Below, piece by piece: positions 14,928-22,024 of a stretch of 24,000 nt of DNA. The DNA is taken from positions 3,129-27,128 of the forward strand of contig DASVUD010000028.1 in NCBI GenBank assembly GCA_036387235.1, in the 5' to 3' direction. Source of the stretch: Pyrinomonadaceae bacterium (GTDB lineage: Bacteria > Acidobacteriota > Blastocatellia > Pyrinomonadales > Pyrinomonadaceae). The stretch's first letter is position 1. Each line of letters opens with the position of its first letter. Both the position numbers and the translations under genes were made by a program. The notes under the pieces were generated by a model. The model saw only the letters and a program-made list of their open reading frames with translations, had not been told where the DNA came from and did not search any database.

Positions 14928-15112
14928 CTGTTCGACGCGCAAACTTTACTTGAGAGCCTCAACACCCGACTGTACACGAGAGCCTCAACGCCCGACTTCA
15001 CCTGACAGCTTCGACGCGCCAACGTACCCGAACATTCCGACGCGCGACTTTGCAACCGGAGCTTCGACGCTTCAATGTATGCCGGAGACTCGACGCGGCG
15101 GATGGTACATCC
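14928..15112. repeat. Degenerate tandem array, 7 units with 26-27 nt period, upstream of lpxA
   Basis: The core (C)TTCGACGCGC / CCTCAACRCCC recurs with CGAC/CAAC at 14933, 14960, 14986, 15012, 15038, 15065 and 15091 (spacings 27, 26, 26, 26, 27, 26). The best pair is gagagcctcaacacccgact (14952..) and gagagcctcaacgcccgact (14978..). Confidence 0.6.
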
Positions 15113-15256
15113 CCACCCCCCCATCCGCAACGCCCTGAGCCATCAAGGCATGCCCGTCGTTGGGCGTGGGACGTGTTTCTCAAGACCGCGCCATGAGGCT
15201 GGGTCAAAGCGCAGTGTAAGTGATCTCTCTTTCCCTCAACGCGGAAGACAGATACG

Positions 15257-15297
15257 GAAGGCCGCCGCGCGTTGGCTGTGCGGCGGCCTTCGTTTTT
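15257..15297 (+). terminator. Strong rho-independent terminator with no annotated gene upstream (orphan)
   Basis: gaaggccgccgc (15257..15268) pairs perfectly with gcggcggccttc (15280..15291), giving a 12-bp GC-rich stem with an 11-nt loop. It is followed by GTTTTT (15292..15297). The U-tract is present only in the + orientation. Confidence 0.75.
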
Positions 15298-15398
15298 GGG
15301 GCGCGTCCCGTCGGCCGTATTGCTAAGCGGCGGACGATCAACAGGCTACGGTCGCGCGCCGCTCGCTCTGTCCGGCGCTCCGAAGTGTCTCCACTGTC

Positions 15399-15427
15399 TT
15401 GTGTTTACGAGAGTATGCCTTTATCAT
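15399..15427 (+). promoter_or_regulatory. Candidate sigma70-type promoter for the radical SAM gene
   Basis: TTGTGT (15399..15404), 17 nt spacer, TATCAT (15422..15427). It lies downstream of the orphan terminator and ~175 nt upstream of GTG 15603. Sequence match only. Confidence 0.35.
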
Positions 15428-15602
15428 AGCGCGTCGTCCGGCGGTCTCCCCGCCCGTTAGCGGCTGCAAGGCCGGGACGATAATTTTGCAGGACGGCCGA
15501 ACTTTAAAAATTGTGCGGCTGTTCCCCGGCTTCAAGCATCTAAGGCAACTTCCAGGCATCGAAGGCGAGCGGGAAAACAACTCTCGGAGGATTACGGTCA
15601 CA

Positions 15603-17576
15603 GTGTTTAGCGATCAATTTCGCCGGAACGAATCGGTGAGAGGCAAATTTAGCGGAGTGCGCAGTTCGGCGCTGATTTCGAATTTATCGAACGCGGCGTG
15701 GAAGGTGTTTCAGTCCGTCAACCGCGCTCTCCCGGAAGGCGAGGCGATTCGGCCGCAGTGGGCTCCGGGGCCGCTCCTCAAATCTTATGAGAAGACCGCG
15801 CCGCCGCTCGGCTTCCCGCGCGAAACCGACTCGCTTTGTCCCACCTGCGTCAAAGAAGTGCGCGAGGCGGTCATCTCCGGCCAGACGCCGCTCGAAACCT
15901 TGATGCACGAGCATCCGGGCGAGATCAAGGCGCAGATCGTCGAAGAGGACGGGCGCATCGTGATGCGCAAGACTTGCGCCAAGCACGGTGAGTTCGTCGA
16001 TGTGATGGCGACCAGCCCCGACTTTTTACGACGCATCGAGTCGCTTTTCTACGGGCGCGATTTCCGCACGGCCGAAGACGCGCACGTCCATCGACACGGC
16101 ACGTCCGACATCAAGTACGGACGCGGCGCGGTGCTCACGGTTGACCTGACGAACCGCTGCAACATGATGTGCAACCCGTGCTTCATGGACGCCAATCAGG
16201 TCGGCTACGTGCACGAACCGACCTTCGAGGACACGAAAGCCATCCTCGACCGCGCCGTCTCCTTTAAGCCGAAGCGGCAGGTCATCATTCTCTTCTCCGG
16301 CGGCGAGCCTACTCTGTCGCCCTACTACCTCGAAGCCGTCGCCTACGCCAAGAAGATCGGCTTCTACCGTATCCTCGCCGCCACGAACGGCATCCGCTTC
16401 GCCGAAGACATAGAGTTCTGCCGGCAGGCGAAAGAGGCCGGGCAACACGGCGTCTATCTGCAATTCGACGGCGTCAGCGAAGAGAAGAACAAGCACCGCG
16501 GCGTCGGCAATCTCTTCGACGTGAAGCAGAAGGCCATCGAGAATTTGGCCGAGGTCGGCATCAAGGTCACGCTCGTGACGACCATCGTCAACACGATCAA
16601 TAACGACGCCATCGGCCAGATCGTCGAGTTCGCCGCGAAGAACATCGACAAGATTCAGACCATCGCCTTCCAGCCCGTCTCCTTCACGGGACGCGACGAA
16701 GACGTGCCCGACGACGTGCGCATCCAGCAGCGTTACACGCTCGCCGACATGGCGACCGATCTGGAAAAGCAACTCGGCGGCGACTTGAAAGCCCTGCGCG
16801 ATTGGTTTCCGCTCTCATCCTATTCGGCCTTCACTTCCGTGATGGACATGCTGCAAGGCGCGGACGCCCCGTGGGGCTGGTCTAGTTGCAACTGTCATCC
16901 GAACTGCGGCGTCTTCACTTTGATGGTCGTCAATCGACACACGGGCGCGTGGACGCCGCTCTTCAAGTTCTTCAACTACGAGCAGTTCATGCGCGACGTG
17001 GCCGTCATCACGGACACGGCGCGCGGCGCGAAACTCTCGATGGCGCAGCTTGCCATGACCATCATGCGCAACTACGACGCCCGGCGCGCGCCCGAGGGTT
17101 TCCCCATCTCGCAGATCATCAACCTCTTCAAGCCCAGTTCGACCAACTCGAACTCGGATCGCAACGACCGCATGAAGACGCAAGCATCTTCGGAAGACCC
17201 GAACGATGCTTGGCGCGTGCTCTGCGTCGAGGGCATGTGGTTCCAAGACCTCTTCAACTACGACTTCCGCCGCACCGAAATGTGCGTCATCCCTTACGGC
17301 ACGCAGGAAGGCGAAATCTCCTTCTGCGCTTACAACACGGGCGTCGGCTGGCGGCAGATCATCGAGAACATGCACAAGACGGCGGGACTCGCCGAGTGGT
17401 ACAAAGAGCACGGTCGCCATCCTGTCTACGCGGCGGGCAAGGAAGTGCCCGGTATCCCACGCAAGCATTCGCTCTCGCTCCCCATCGTGCAGGCCATCCT
17501 CGCCGAAGACGCGGACGCGCCGCCCGTCAAGGTCACGCCGTATCTTGTCGAAGAAAAGGAAGAAGCGGTCGTCTAA
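15603..17576 (+). CDS. Radical SAM enzyme, tetraether-lipid-synthase (Tes / GDGT-MAS, MJ0619-family)-like, ~657 aa
   Basis: Radical SAM motif LTNRCNMMCNPCF (CxxxCxxC) and SAM-binding FSGGEPTL. N-terminal Cys module SLCPTC...(IVEEDGRIVMRK)TCAKHGEF. Large C-terminal extension with Cys motifs SSCNCHPNCG, EMCVIPYG and ISFCAYN. I prefer GTG 15603 (GGAGG at 15586..15590) to the listed 15399, whose extra 68 aa cross a promoter-like AT-rich stretch. There is no in-frame ATG before the CPTC motif. Confidence 0.9.
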   Translation: MFSDQFRRNESVRGKFSGVRSSALISNLSNAAWKVFQSVNRALPEGEAIRPQWAPGPLLKSYEKTAPPLGFPRETDSLCPTCVKEVREAVISGQTPLETLMHEHPGEIKAQIVEEDGRIVMRKTCAKHGEFVDVMATSPDFLRRIESLFYGRDFRTAEDAHVHRHGTSDIKYGRGAVLTVDLTNRCNMMCNPCFMDANQVGYVHEPTFEDTKAILDRAVSFKPKRQVIILFSGGEPTLSPYYLEAVAYAKKIGFYRILAATNGIRFAEDIEFCRQAKEAGQHGVYLQFDGVSEEKNKHRGVGNLFDVKQKAIENLAEVGIKVTLVTTIVNTINNDAIGQIVEFAAKNIDKIQTIAFQPVSFTGRDEDVPDDVRIQQRYTLADMATDLEKQLGGDLKALRDWFPLSSYSAFTSVMDMLQGADAPWGWSSCNCHPNCGVFTLMVVNRHTGAWTPLFKFFNYEQFMRDVAVITDTARGAKLSMAQLAMTIMRNYDARRAPEGFPISQIINLFKPSSTNSNSDRNDRMKTQASSEDPNDAWRVLCVEGMWFQDLFNYDFRRTEMCVIPYGTQEGEISFCAYNTGVGWRQIIENMHKTAGLAEWYKEHGRHPVYAAGKEVPGIPRKHSLSLPIVQAILAEDADAPPVKVTPYLVEEKEEAVV

Positions 17577-17592
17577 CTACAAATCGCTTTCC

Positions 17593-17629
17593 GGCGAGTC
17601 CCGTCGCACCTCAAGCGACGGGACTCGCC
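17593..17629 (+). terminator. GC-rich 15-bp perfect hairpin between the radical SAM gene and the next gene (attenuator/terminator-like, weak U-tract)
   Basis: ggcgagtcccgtcgc (17593..17607), loop acctcaa, gcgacgggactcgcc (17615..17629), followed by ttcctgattc. It begins 17 nt past the stop codon at 17574..17576. Confidence 0.45.
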
Positions 17630-17697
17630 TTCCTGATTCAACCCCTCAACCAGCCAACACCGCCGGCTCGTGCCGCCGTCTTAACGGAGAAATTCTC

Positions 17698-18225
17698 ATG
17701 TCCAGAATAAGATTCGCGCTTTTACTTTGTCTCGTCGCAAGCGTGTCTGTGGCCACAACCGCCCAGACCAAACCGGAAAAGAATTATAAGAACAAGTACC
17801 AGAACATAGAGGTCACGCGTTTCGACGTGGCGGCGGGCAACGAAGTGCCGCCCGAATACCTCGACGAACTGGCGAAGGACGTTGCCAACCAGTTAAGGGA
17901 CACCAAGAAATTCAAGCAGGTCATTCGCGCCGGCGAGACCGCTCCGGTCGCCGCCGACCCGGCCGCCTCGACGCTGCGTCTGACCGGCACGATCACGAAA
18001 TTCAAAAAGGGCAGCCGCGCCAAGCGTTACCTCGTCGGCTTCGGCGCGGGTGCGACCAAGATGATCGTGCACGTCAAATTTGCGGATGCCTCGACCGGAG
18101 AAGTTTTATTTGAAGACGACGTGGACGGAAAGGTCTTTATCGGACTTTTCGGCGGCGATTCGAAGGGGGCGACTAACGGGGTGGCTAAAGATATCGGCAA
18201 AGTGGCCAAGAAGGAATTCTTCTAA
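17698..18225 (+). CDS. Small secreted protein, 175 aa (DUF4410-like by recollection, low certainty)
   Basis: ATG 17698 with GGAG ~9 nt upstream. Signal peptide MSRIRFALLLCLVASVSVATTAQT. The mature part is Lys-rich, with ...GSRAKRYLVGFGAGATKMIVHVKF.... The listed start at 17206 adds an Arg/Ser-rich shadow overlapping the radical SAM gene. Confidence 0.85.
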   Translation: MSRIRFALLLCLVASVSVATTAQTKPEKNYKNKYQNIEVTRFDVAAGNEVPPEYLDELAKDVANQLRDTKKFKQVIRAGETAPVAADPAASTLRLTGTITKFKKGSRAKRYLVGFGAGATKMIVHVKFADASTGEVLFEDDVDGKVFIGLFGGDSKGATNGVAKDIGKVAKKEFF

Positions 18226-18234
18226 ACCGCGCGG

Positions 18235-18264
18235 TTGACAACCTCCGCGCCCGCACGTTAATTT
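18235..18264 (+). promoter_or_regulatory. Candidate promoter for tRNA-Gln
   Basis: Perfect -35 TTGACA (18235..18240), 18 nt spacer, TAATTT (18259..18264). It lies ~18 nt upstream of the tRNA 5-prime end. Confidence 0.45.
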
Positions 18265-18281
18265 CATTCATCACTGCACTT

Positions 18282-18355
18282 TGGGAGGTGGTGAAATGGT
18301 ATCACACCTGACTCTGGATCAGGCTTTCGGGGTTCGAGTCCCTGCCTCCCAGCCA
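18282..18355 (+). tRNA. tRNA-Gln (anticodon CTG), CCA encoded
   Basis: Manual cloverleaf, 74 nt in total. Acceptor tgggagg/cctccca (U1-A72, as in bacterial tRNA-Gln). D arm gtga-aatggta-tcac. Anticodon arm cctga-ctCTGga-tcagg. Variable loop cttt. T arm cgggg-ttcgagt-ccctg. Discriminator G plus CCA. Confidence 0.92.
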
Positions 18356-18396
18356 AATTTCTAGTTGCGCCGACAACTCAAAACGCGTTAACTCAA

Positions 18397-18437
18397 AGAT
18401 CAGGTAGCCACTCTCCGGCTACCTGATCTCTTTTTTA
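18397..18437 (+). terminator. Rho-independent terminator after tRNA-Gln
   Basis: agatcaggtagcc (18397..18409), loop actctcc, ggctacctgatct (18417..18429): a 13-bp perfect stem followed by CTTTTTT (18430..18436). Confidence 0.85.
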
Positions 18438-18534
18438 CCGGCAACGACGGCGACGACACCGCCCGCCATCTTCACGGTGCGGGCGGCTTGCGACTCACAC
18501 GCGGATTGCCGTGGGAAAGTTTATGGCGCGAGCG

Positions 18535-18587
18535 TTGACGATTTGTGCGCGCGCGCGTATCAGACAAAGCGTCTCATGCCTTATAAT
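18535..18587 (+). promoter_or_regulatory. Candidate promoter(s) for the lysC-dap operon
   Basis: TTGACG (18535..18540), 17 nt spacer, TATCAG (18558..18563). There is also a consensus TATAAT at 18582..18587 with only a weak -35. Sequence match only. Confidence 0.35.
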
Positions 18588-18671
18588 GCCTCGCCCCCGT
18601 CAAACCGATAGAACATTTTGAATCGTCCGCCCGCGCTCGTCTTCGGAAGCCGCGCGCCGTGTGTGTGAGAA

Positions 18672-20093
18672 GTGGTGGCTGAGCAACCAACGGTAATGAA
18701 ATTCGGCGGCACGTCCGTCGAGGACGCGCGTGCGTACTCGCGTGTGGCGCGCATCATCTCGGAGCGTCGCGCCGAACGCCCGGTCGTGGTCGTCTCCGCG
18801 ATGAGCCGCGTGACCGACGCGCTGCTCGAATCGGTCGAGCTGGCCGCGACGACCGGCGACGCCGACGCCGCGCTTCGTTCGCTCGAACCGCACTTCGAGC
18901 GGCACACGCAGGTCGCGCGCCTGCTGCCCGCGGGCGGGCGCGACGAGCTGTTTTTGGAACTCGAACTCGCGCGGCGCGAACTCGACGCGCTGCTCGCGCG
19001 CGTCACCGCGAACACCGAGCCGCGTGCGGCCTTACAAGATTCAATCGTCGCTTACGGCGAATGTCTCTCGGCCAAGTTGCTCGCGGCCGTACTCGCCGAG
19101 CGCATGTTGCCCTCCGCTTACGTGGACGCGCGCCGCTGCATCATCACGGACGACGCGCACGGCGCGGCCACGCCCGCCAATGATGAGACCTACGAACGCA
19201 CGCGCGCCGAACTCTCGCCGCTTCTGGCCGATGGGCGCATCCCCGTTCTCGGCGGCTACATCGGCGCGACCCCGGACGGCCGCACGACCACGCTCGGGCG
19301 CGGCGGCTCCGATTACACGGCCGGGCTGGTCGGCGCTAGCCTCGGCGCGCGCGAGATTCAAATTTGGACTGACGTGAACGGCGTCTTGACCGCAGACCCG
19401 CGCGTCGTCTCGAACGCCCGCACCATCCCCAGCCTCTCCTTTGCCGAAGCGGCCGAACTCGCCTACTTCGGCGCGAAGGTGCTTCACCCGAAGACGATCC
19501 TTCCGGCCATCGTGCGCGGCGTCCCCGTCCGTATCTGCAACTCGCGCGAACCGGAACAGGCGGGCACGGGCGTCTATTTCGACGCGGAGATGTCGCCGCG
19601 CACGGTCAAAGCCATCGCGCACAAAAAAGGCGTCACGGTCTTGCACATCACCTCCGCGCGCATGCTCGGCGCGTACGGTTTCCTGCGCGCGCTCTTTGCG
19701 GTCTTCGAGCGCCATCGCACGATCATCGACATCGTCACCACTTCGGAAGTCTCCGTCTCGCTCTCGCTCGAAGACGCGAGCCGCGTCGAAGAGATCATCC
19801 GCGACTTGAAACCCATCGCGGCCGTCAAGGTCGAATCCGGGCTGGCCGTCGTCTGCATCGTCGGGCAAGACTTGCGCTACACGTCCGGCGTCGCCGCGCG
19901 CGTGTTCAGCACACTCTGCGACATCAACATCCTGCTCATCTCGCAGGGCGCGTCGAACGTCAACCTCACCTTCGTCGTGGCTGAGGGGGATGTGGAAGAG
20001 ACCGTCAGGCGGCTGCACGCCTCTCTGTTCGAGTGCGACACGCAGGAACTGGCGCCGCTCTTTCAACGCAAGAAGGAGGGCGTCTCCGGTTGA
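18672..20093 (+). CDS. lysC: Aspartate kinase (monofunctional class)
   Basis: VMKFGGTSVEDA, VVVVSAMSRVTDAL, GRGGSDYTA, WTDVNGVLTADPR, FAEAAELAYFGAKVLHP, then two ACT-like regulatory repeats. The start is either GTG 18672 or ATG 18696 (MKFGGTSV). Confidence 0.95.
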   Translation: MVAEQPTVMKFGGTSVEDARAYSRVARIISERRAERPVVVVSAMSRVTDALLESVELAATTGDADAALRSLEPHFERHTQVARLLPAGGRDELFLELELARRELDALLARVTANTEPRAALQDSIVAYGECLSAKLLAAVLAERMLPSAYVDARRCIITDDAHGAATPANDETYERTRAELSPLLADGRIPVLGGYIGATPDGRTTTLGRGGSDYTAGLVGASLGAREIQIWTDVNGVLTADPRVVSNARTIPSLSFAEAAELAYFGAKVLHPKTILPAIVRGVPVRICNSREPEQAGTGVYFDAEMSPRTVKAIAHKKGVTVLHITSARMLGAYGFLRALFAVFERHRTIIDIVTTSEVSVSLSLEDASRVEEIIRDLKPIAAVKVESGLAVVCIVGQDLRYTSGVAARVFSTLCDINILLISQGASNVNLTFVVAEGDVEETVRRLHASLFECDTQELAPLFQRKKEGVSG

Positions 20094-21238
20094 ACCTCTT
20101 CGCACTCACGCGCCGTCTGATAGACATCCCCTCGCCGAGCGGCGACGAACTGGAGGCCGCGCGCTTCCTTGCCTCGTATCTCGAAAGTCTGGACTACCGG
20201 GTCGAGCTTCAAGAAGTCGCCCCCGGCCGCCCGAACGTCATCGCCACCGCAACGCCTCGGCCGCGCCTCTTCTTCTCCACGCACATCGATACAGTGCCGC
20301 CTGTCGTTCCTTCCGACGAAGACGACGCGCACATCTACGGGCGCGGCGCGTGCGACGCCAAAGGCATCATCGCCGCGCAAATCTTCGCCGCCGAACGCTT
20401 GCGCGCCGAGGGCACGCGTGACATCGGCCTGCTCTTTACGGTCGATGAAGAACTCGGCAGCCTCGGCGCGCGTGCCGCCAACTCGCACCCGCTCGCCGAG
20501 GGTTGCGCCTATCTCATCAACGGCGAGCCGACCGACAACAAACTCGCCGCCGGCTCAAAAGGCTCCCTGCGCCTGCGCTTGACGACCACGGGGCGCGCCG
20601 CTCATTCGGCTTATCCCGAACACGGCGACTCGGCCGTCGAACGCTTGCTCGACGTGCTCGCCGACATACGTCAAACCAATTGGCCGGCCGACGACTTCTT
20701 CGGCCAGACCACCTGCAACATCGGCACTATCACAGGCGGCACGCGCCCCAACATCATCCCGGCCGAAGCCGAGGCGCAACTGCAAATCCGTCTCGTCACG
20801 GAATCCACTCGCATCAAAGCGGAACTCGAACGCGCCGTCCGCGGCCGCGCCGAAATCGAATATTTGTCCGTCGCCGAACCGGTGCGCCTTTACGCGCCCG
20901 CAGGCTTCGCGAGCGAAGTCGTGCGTTTCACCACCGACATTCCTTATCTGCCGAACTGGGGCACGCCCCTCCTGCTCGGCCCCGGCTCGATTCTCCACGC
21001 GCACACCGACCATGAGCGCATCCGCAAAGACGAACTCTCCGAGGCAGTTGAACTCTACGCGCGCCTCGCCGCCTCGCTTCTCTCAAGCGACGACGCGCGA
21101 ACCGGCGAGACGAACGACACGCGGAGCGTAGTTGATGTTGCGCCCGAAGCGGCACACCAAACACACGACGCGCCGGACGGCGACAGAGCCGCCACGGCGA
21201 ACGGGATGACGACGACGGAAGGAGTCGGTTTCAAGTGA
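20090..21238 (+). CDS. M20-family metallohydrolase (ArgE/DapE family), probable N-succinyl-diaminopimelate desuccinylase by context
   Basis: STHIDTVPP, GRGACDAKG, VDEELGSLG, INGEPT and GRAAHSAYPEHGDSAV are M20 metal-binding and catalytic motifs. I prefer TTG 20090, which overlaps the lysC stop (TTGA) and gives MNLFALTRRLIDIPSPSGDE, to the listed 20033. It carries a ~50-aa low-complexity tail (SSDDARTGETNDTRS...TTTEGVGFK). Confidence 0.85.
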   Translation: MNLFALTRRLIDIPSPSGDELEAARFLASYLESLDYRVELQEVAPGRPNVIATATPRPRLFFSTHIDTVPPVVPSDEDDAHIYGRGACDAKGIIAAQIFAAERLRAEGTRDIGLLFTVDEELGSLGARAANSHPLAEGCAYLINGEPTDNKLAAGSKGSLRLRLTTTGRAAHSAYPEHGDSAVERLLDVLADIRQTNWPADDFFGQTTCNIGTITGGTRPNIIPAEAEAQLQIRLVTESTRIKAELERAVRGRAEIEYLSVAEPVRLYAPAGFASEVVRFTTDIPYLPNWGTPLLLGPGSILHAHTDHERIRKDELSEAVELYARLAASLLSSDDARTGETNDTRSVVDVAPEAAHQTHDAPDGDRAATANGMTTTEGVGFK

Positions 21239-21948
21239 AACTCGCCATCATCGGCAATGGCGCGATGGGCAAGCTCGTCCGCGCGCTGGCCGAAGCGGAA
21301 GGCCACGAAATCGGGCGCATCCTGACTTCCGAGGACGCCGGGCGCAGCGCCGTCGAACTGGCCGAACTGCTCGGCGGCCACGATGCGGCCATAGATTTTT
21401 CCGTCTCCGGCGCGGTGCTCAAAAACGTCGAAGCGGCAGCGCGCGCGGGCGTCCCGCTTGTCGAAGGCACGACCGGCTGGAACGCACATGAAGCGGAAGC
21501 GCGCCGCATCGTCGAAGCACACGCGGCGGGCGCGCTTCTGTTCGGCGCAAACTTCTCCATCGGCGTCAATCTCTTCTACCGCATCGTCGCGCGCGCGGCC
21601 GAACTGTTCGCCGCCACCGATTACGCACCCTTCATCGAAGAAGCGCACCACGCGCGCAAACGCGACGCGCCTTCGGGGACGGCCATCAAACTGCGCGACC
21701 TGCTGGCCGCGCAGATCGCGCGCGACATCCCCGTCGTCTCGACGCGCGCCGGGCACATTCCCGGCACGCACCGCGTCGGCTTCGACTCGGCCGCCGACCA
21801 GATTACCCTGACGCACACGGCGCGCACCCGCGAGGGCTTCGCCTCCGGCGCGCTTCTCGCCGCCCGCTGGCTCAAGGACAGACGCGGCGTCTACGAATTT
21901 TCCGAGGCAATGGATGAAATAATAAAAGACGTGAATCGTGAATCGTAA
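21235..21948 (+). CDS. dapB: 4-hydroxy-tetrahydrodipicolinate reductase DapB
   Basis: MKLAIIGNGAMGK (Rossmann fold), VEGTTGW, IEEAHHARKRDAPSGTA and HTARTREGFASGALLAARWL. The GTG start overlaps the upstream stop (GTGA). The last 5 codons and the TAA lie inside hairpin element B. Confidence 0.95.
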   Translation: MKLAIIGNGAMGKLVRALAEAEGHEIGRILTSEDAGRSAVELAELLGGHDAAIDFSVSGAVLKNVEAAARAGVPLVEGTTGWNAHEAEARRIVEAHAAGALLFGANFSIGVNLFYRIVARAAELFAATDYAPFIEEAHHARKRDAPSGTAIKLRDLLAAQIARDIPVVSTRAGHIPGTHRVGFDSAADQITLTHTARTREGFASGALLAARWLKDRRGVYEFSEAMDEIIKDVNRES

Positions 21949-22006
21949 ATCGTGAATAGATTTAAAACTGCTTTCTTCTATTCACGATTGACGATTTACG
22001 ATTTAC
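21931..22006 (+). repeat. Palindromic heptamer-repeat hairpin element, copy B (dapB-dapA junction)
   Basis: Left arm gtgaatc gtgaatc gtaaatc gtgaata ga (21931..21960) pairs with the right arm 21977..22006: 27 Watson-Crick pairs, 2 G-U pairs and 1 A-G mismatch. The loop is tttaaaactgctttct. The right arm is nearly identical to that of copy A. Confidence 0.8.
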
Positions 22007-22024
22007 GAAAGTTGAGGTTGAAGG

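Noticed and set aside
14043-15112. A CRISPR interpretation of the 27-nt and ~26-nt tandem repeats flanking lpxA
   Set aside because: The units are contiguous with no unique spacers. They are degenerate rather than near-identical, there are only 3 and 7 of them, and no cas genes are present.
11414-15138. ORFs 11414..11794(+), 11469..12449(-), 11873..12373(+), 13140..14180(+), 13223..13885(-), 14191..15138(+), 14828..15130(-)
   Set aside because: They are antisense or off-frame to lpxB, lpxD and lpxA, all three of which have strong family motifs. The translations are Arg/Pro/His-rich.
15075-15601. ORFs 15075..15326(+), 15220..15429(+), 15272..15460(+), 15338..15601(-) and 14998..15207(-) in the long intergenic gap, plus the 15399 start for the radical SAM gene
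   Set aside because: They are Arg-rich or read straight through a strong terminator hairpin, and none has an RBS. For the radical SAM gene, GTG 15603 with GGAGG upstream is a better start than 15399.
15684-17710. ORFs 16026..16772(-), 16815..17468(-), 16886..17710(+) and 15684..15986(-), plus the 17206 start of ORF 17206..18225
   Set aside because: These are shadows of the radical SAM gene. The real downstream gene starts at ATG 17698 with an RBS and a signal peptide.
18438-18671. A lysine (L-box) riboswitch or other known leader upstream of lysC
   Set aside because: I could not find the conserved L-box cores I remember (AGAGGCGC, TGAAAGGGG, CGCCGAAG, ACTGTCA). Only promoter-like hexamers and a short GC hairpin (about 18459..18488) are visible. 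A cmscan would be needed to exclude it formally.
19024-21875. ORFs 19041..20105(-, 354 aa), 19024..19377(+), 19441..19809(+), 19990..20421(+), 20063..20488(-), 20503..21015(+), 20555..21013(-), 21055..21816(-), 21458..21811(+), and the 20033 start for the M20 gene
   Set aside because: These are shadows of lysC, the M20 gene and dapB. The M20 N-terminus aligns best from TTG 20090 (MNLFALTRRLIDIPSPSG).
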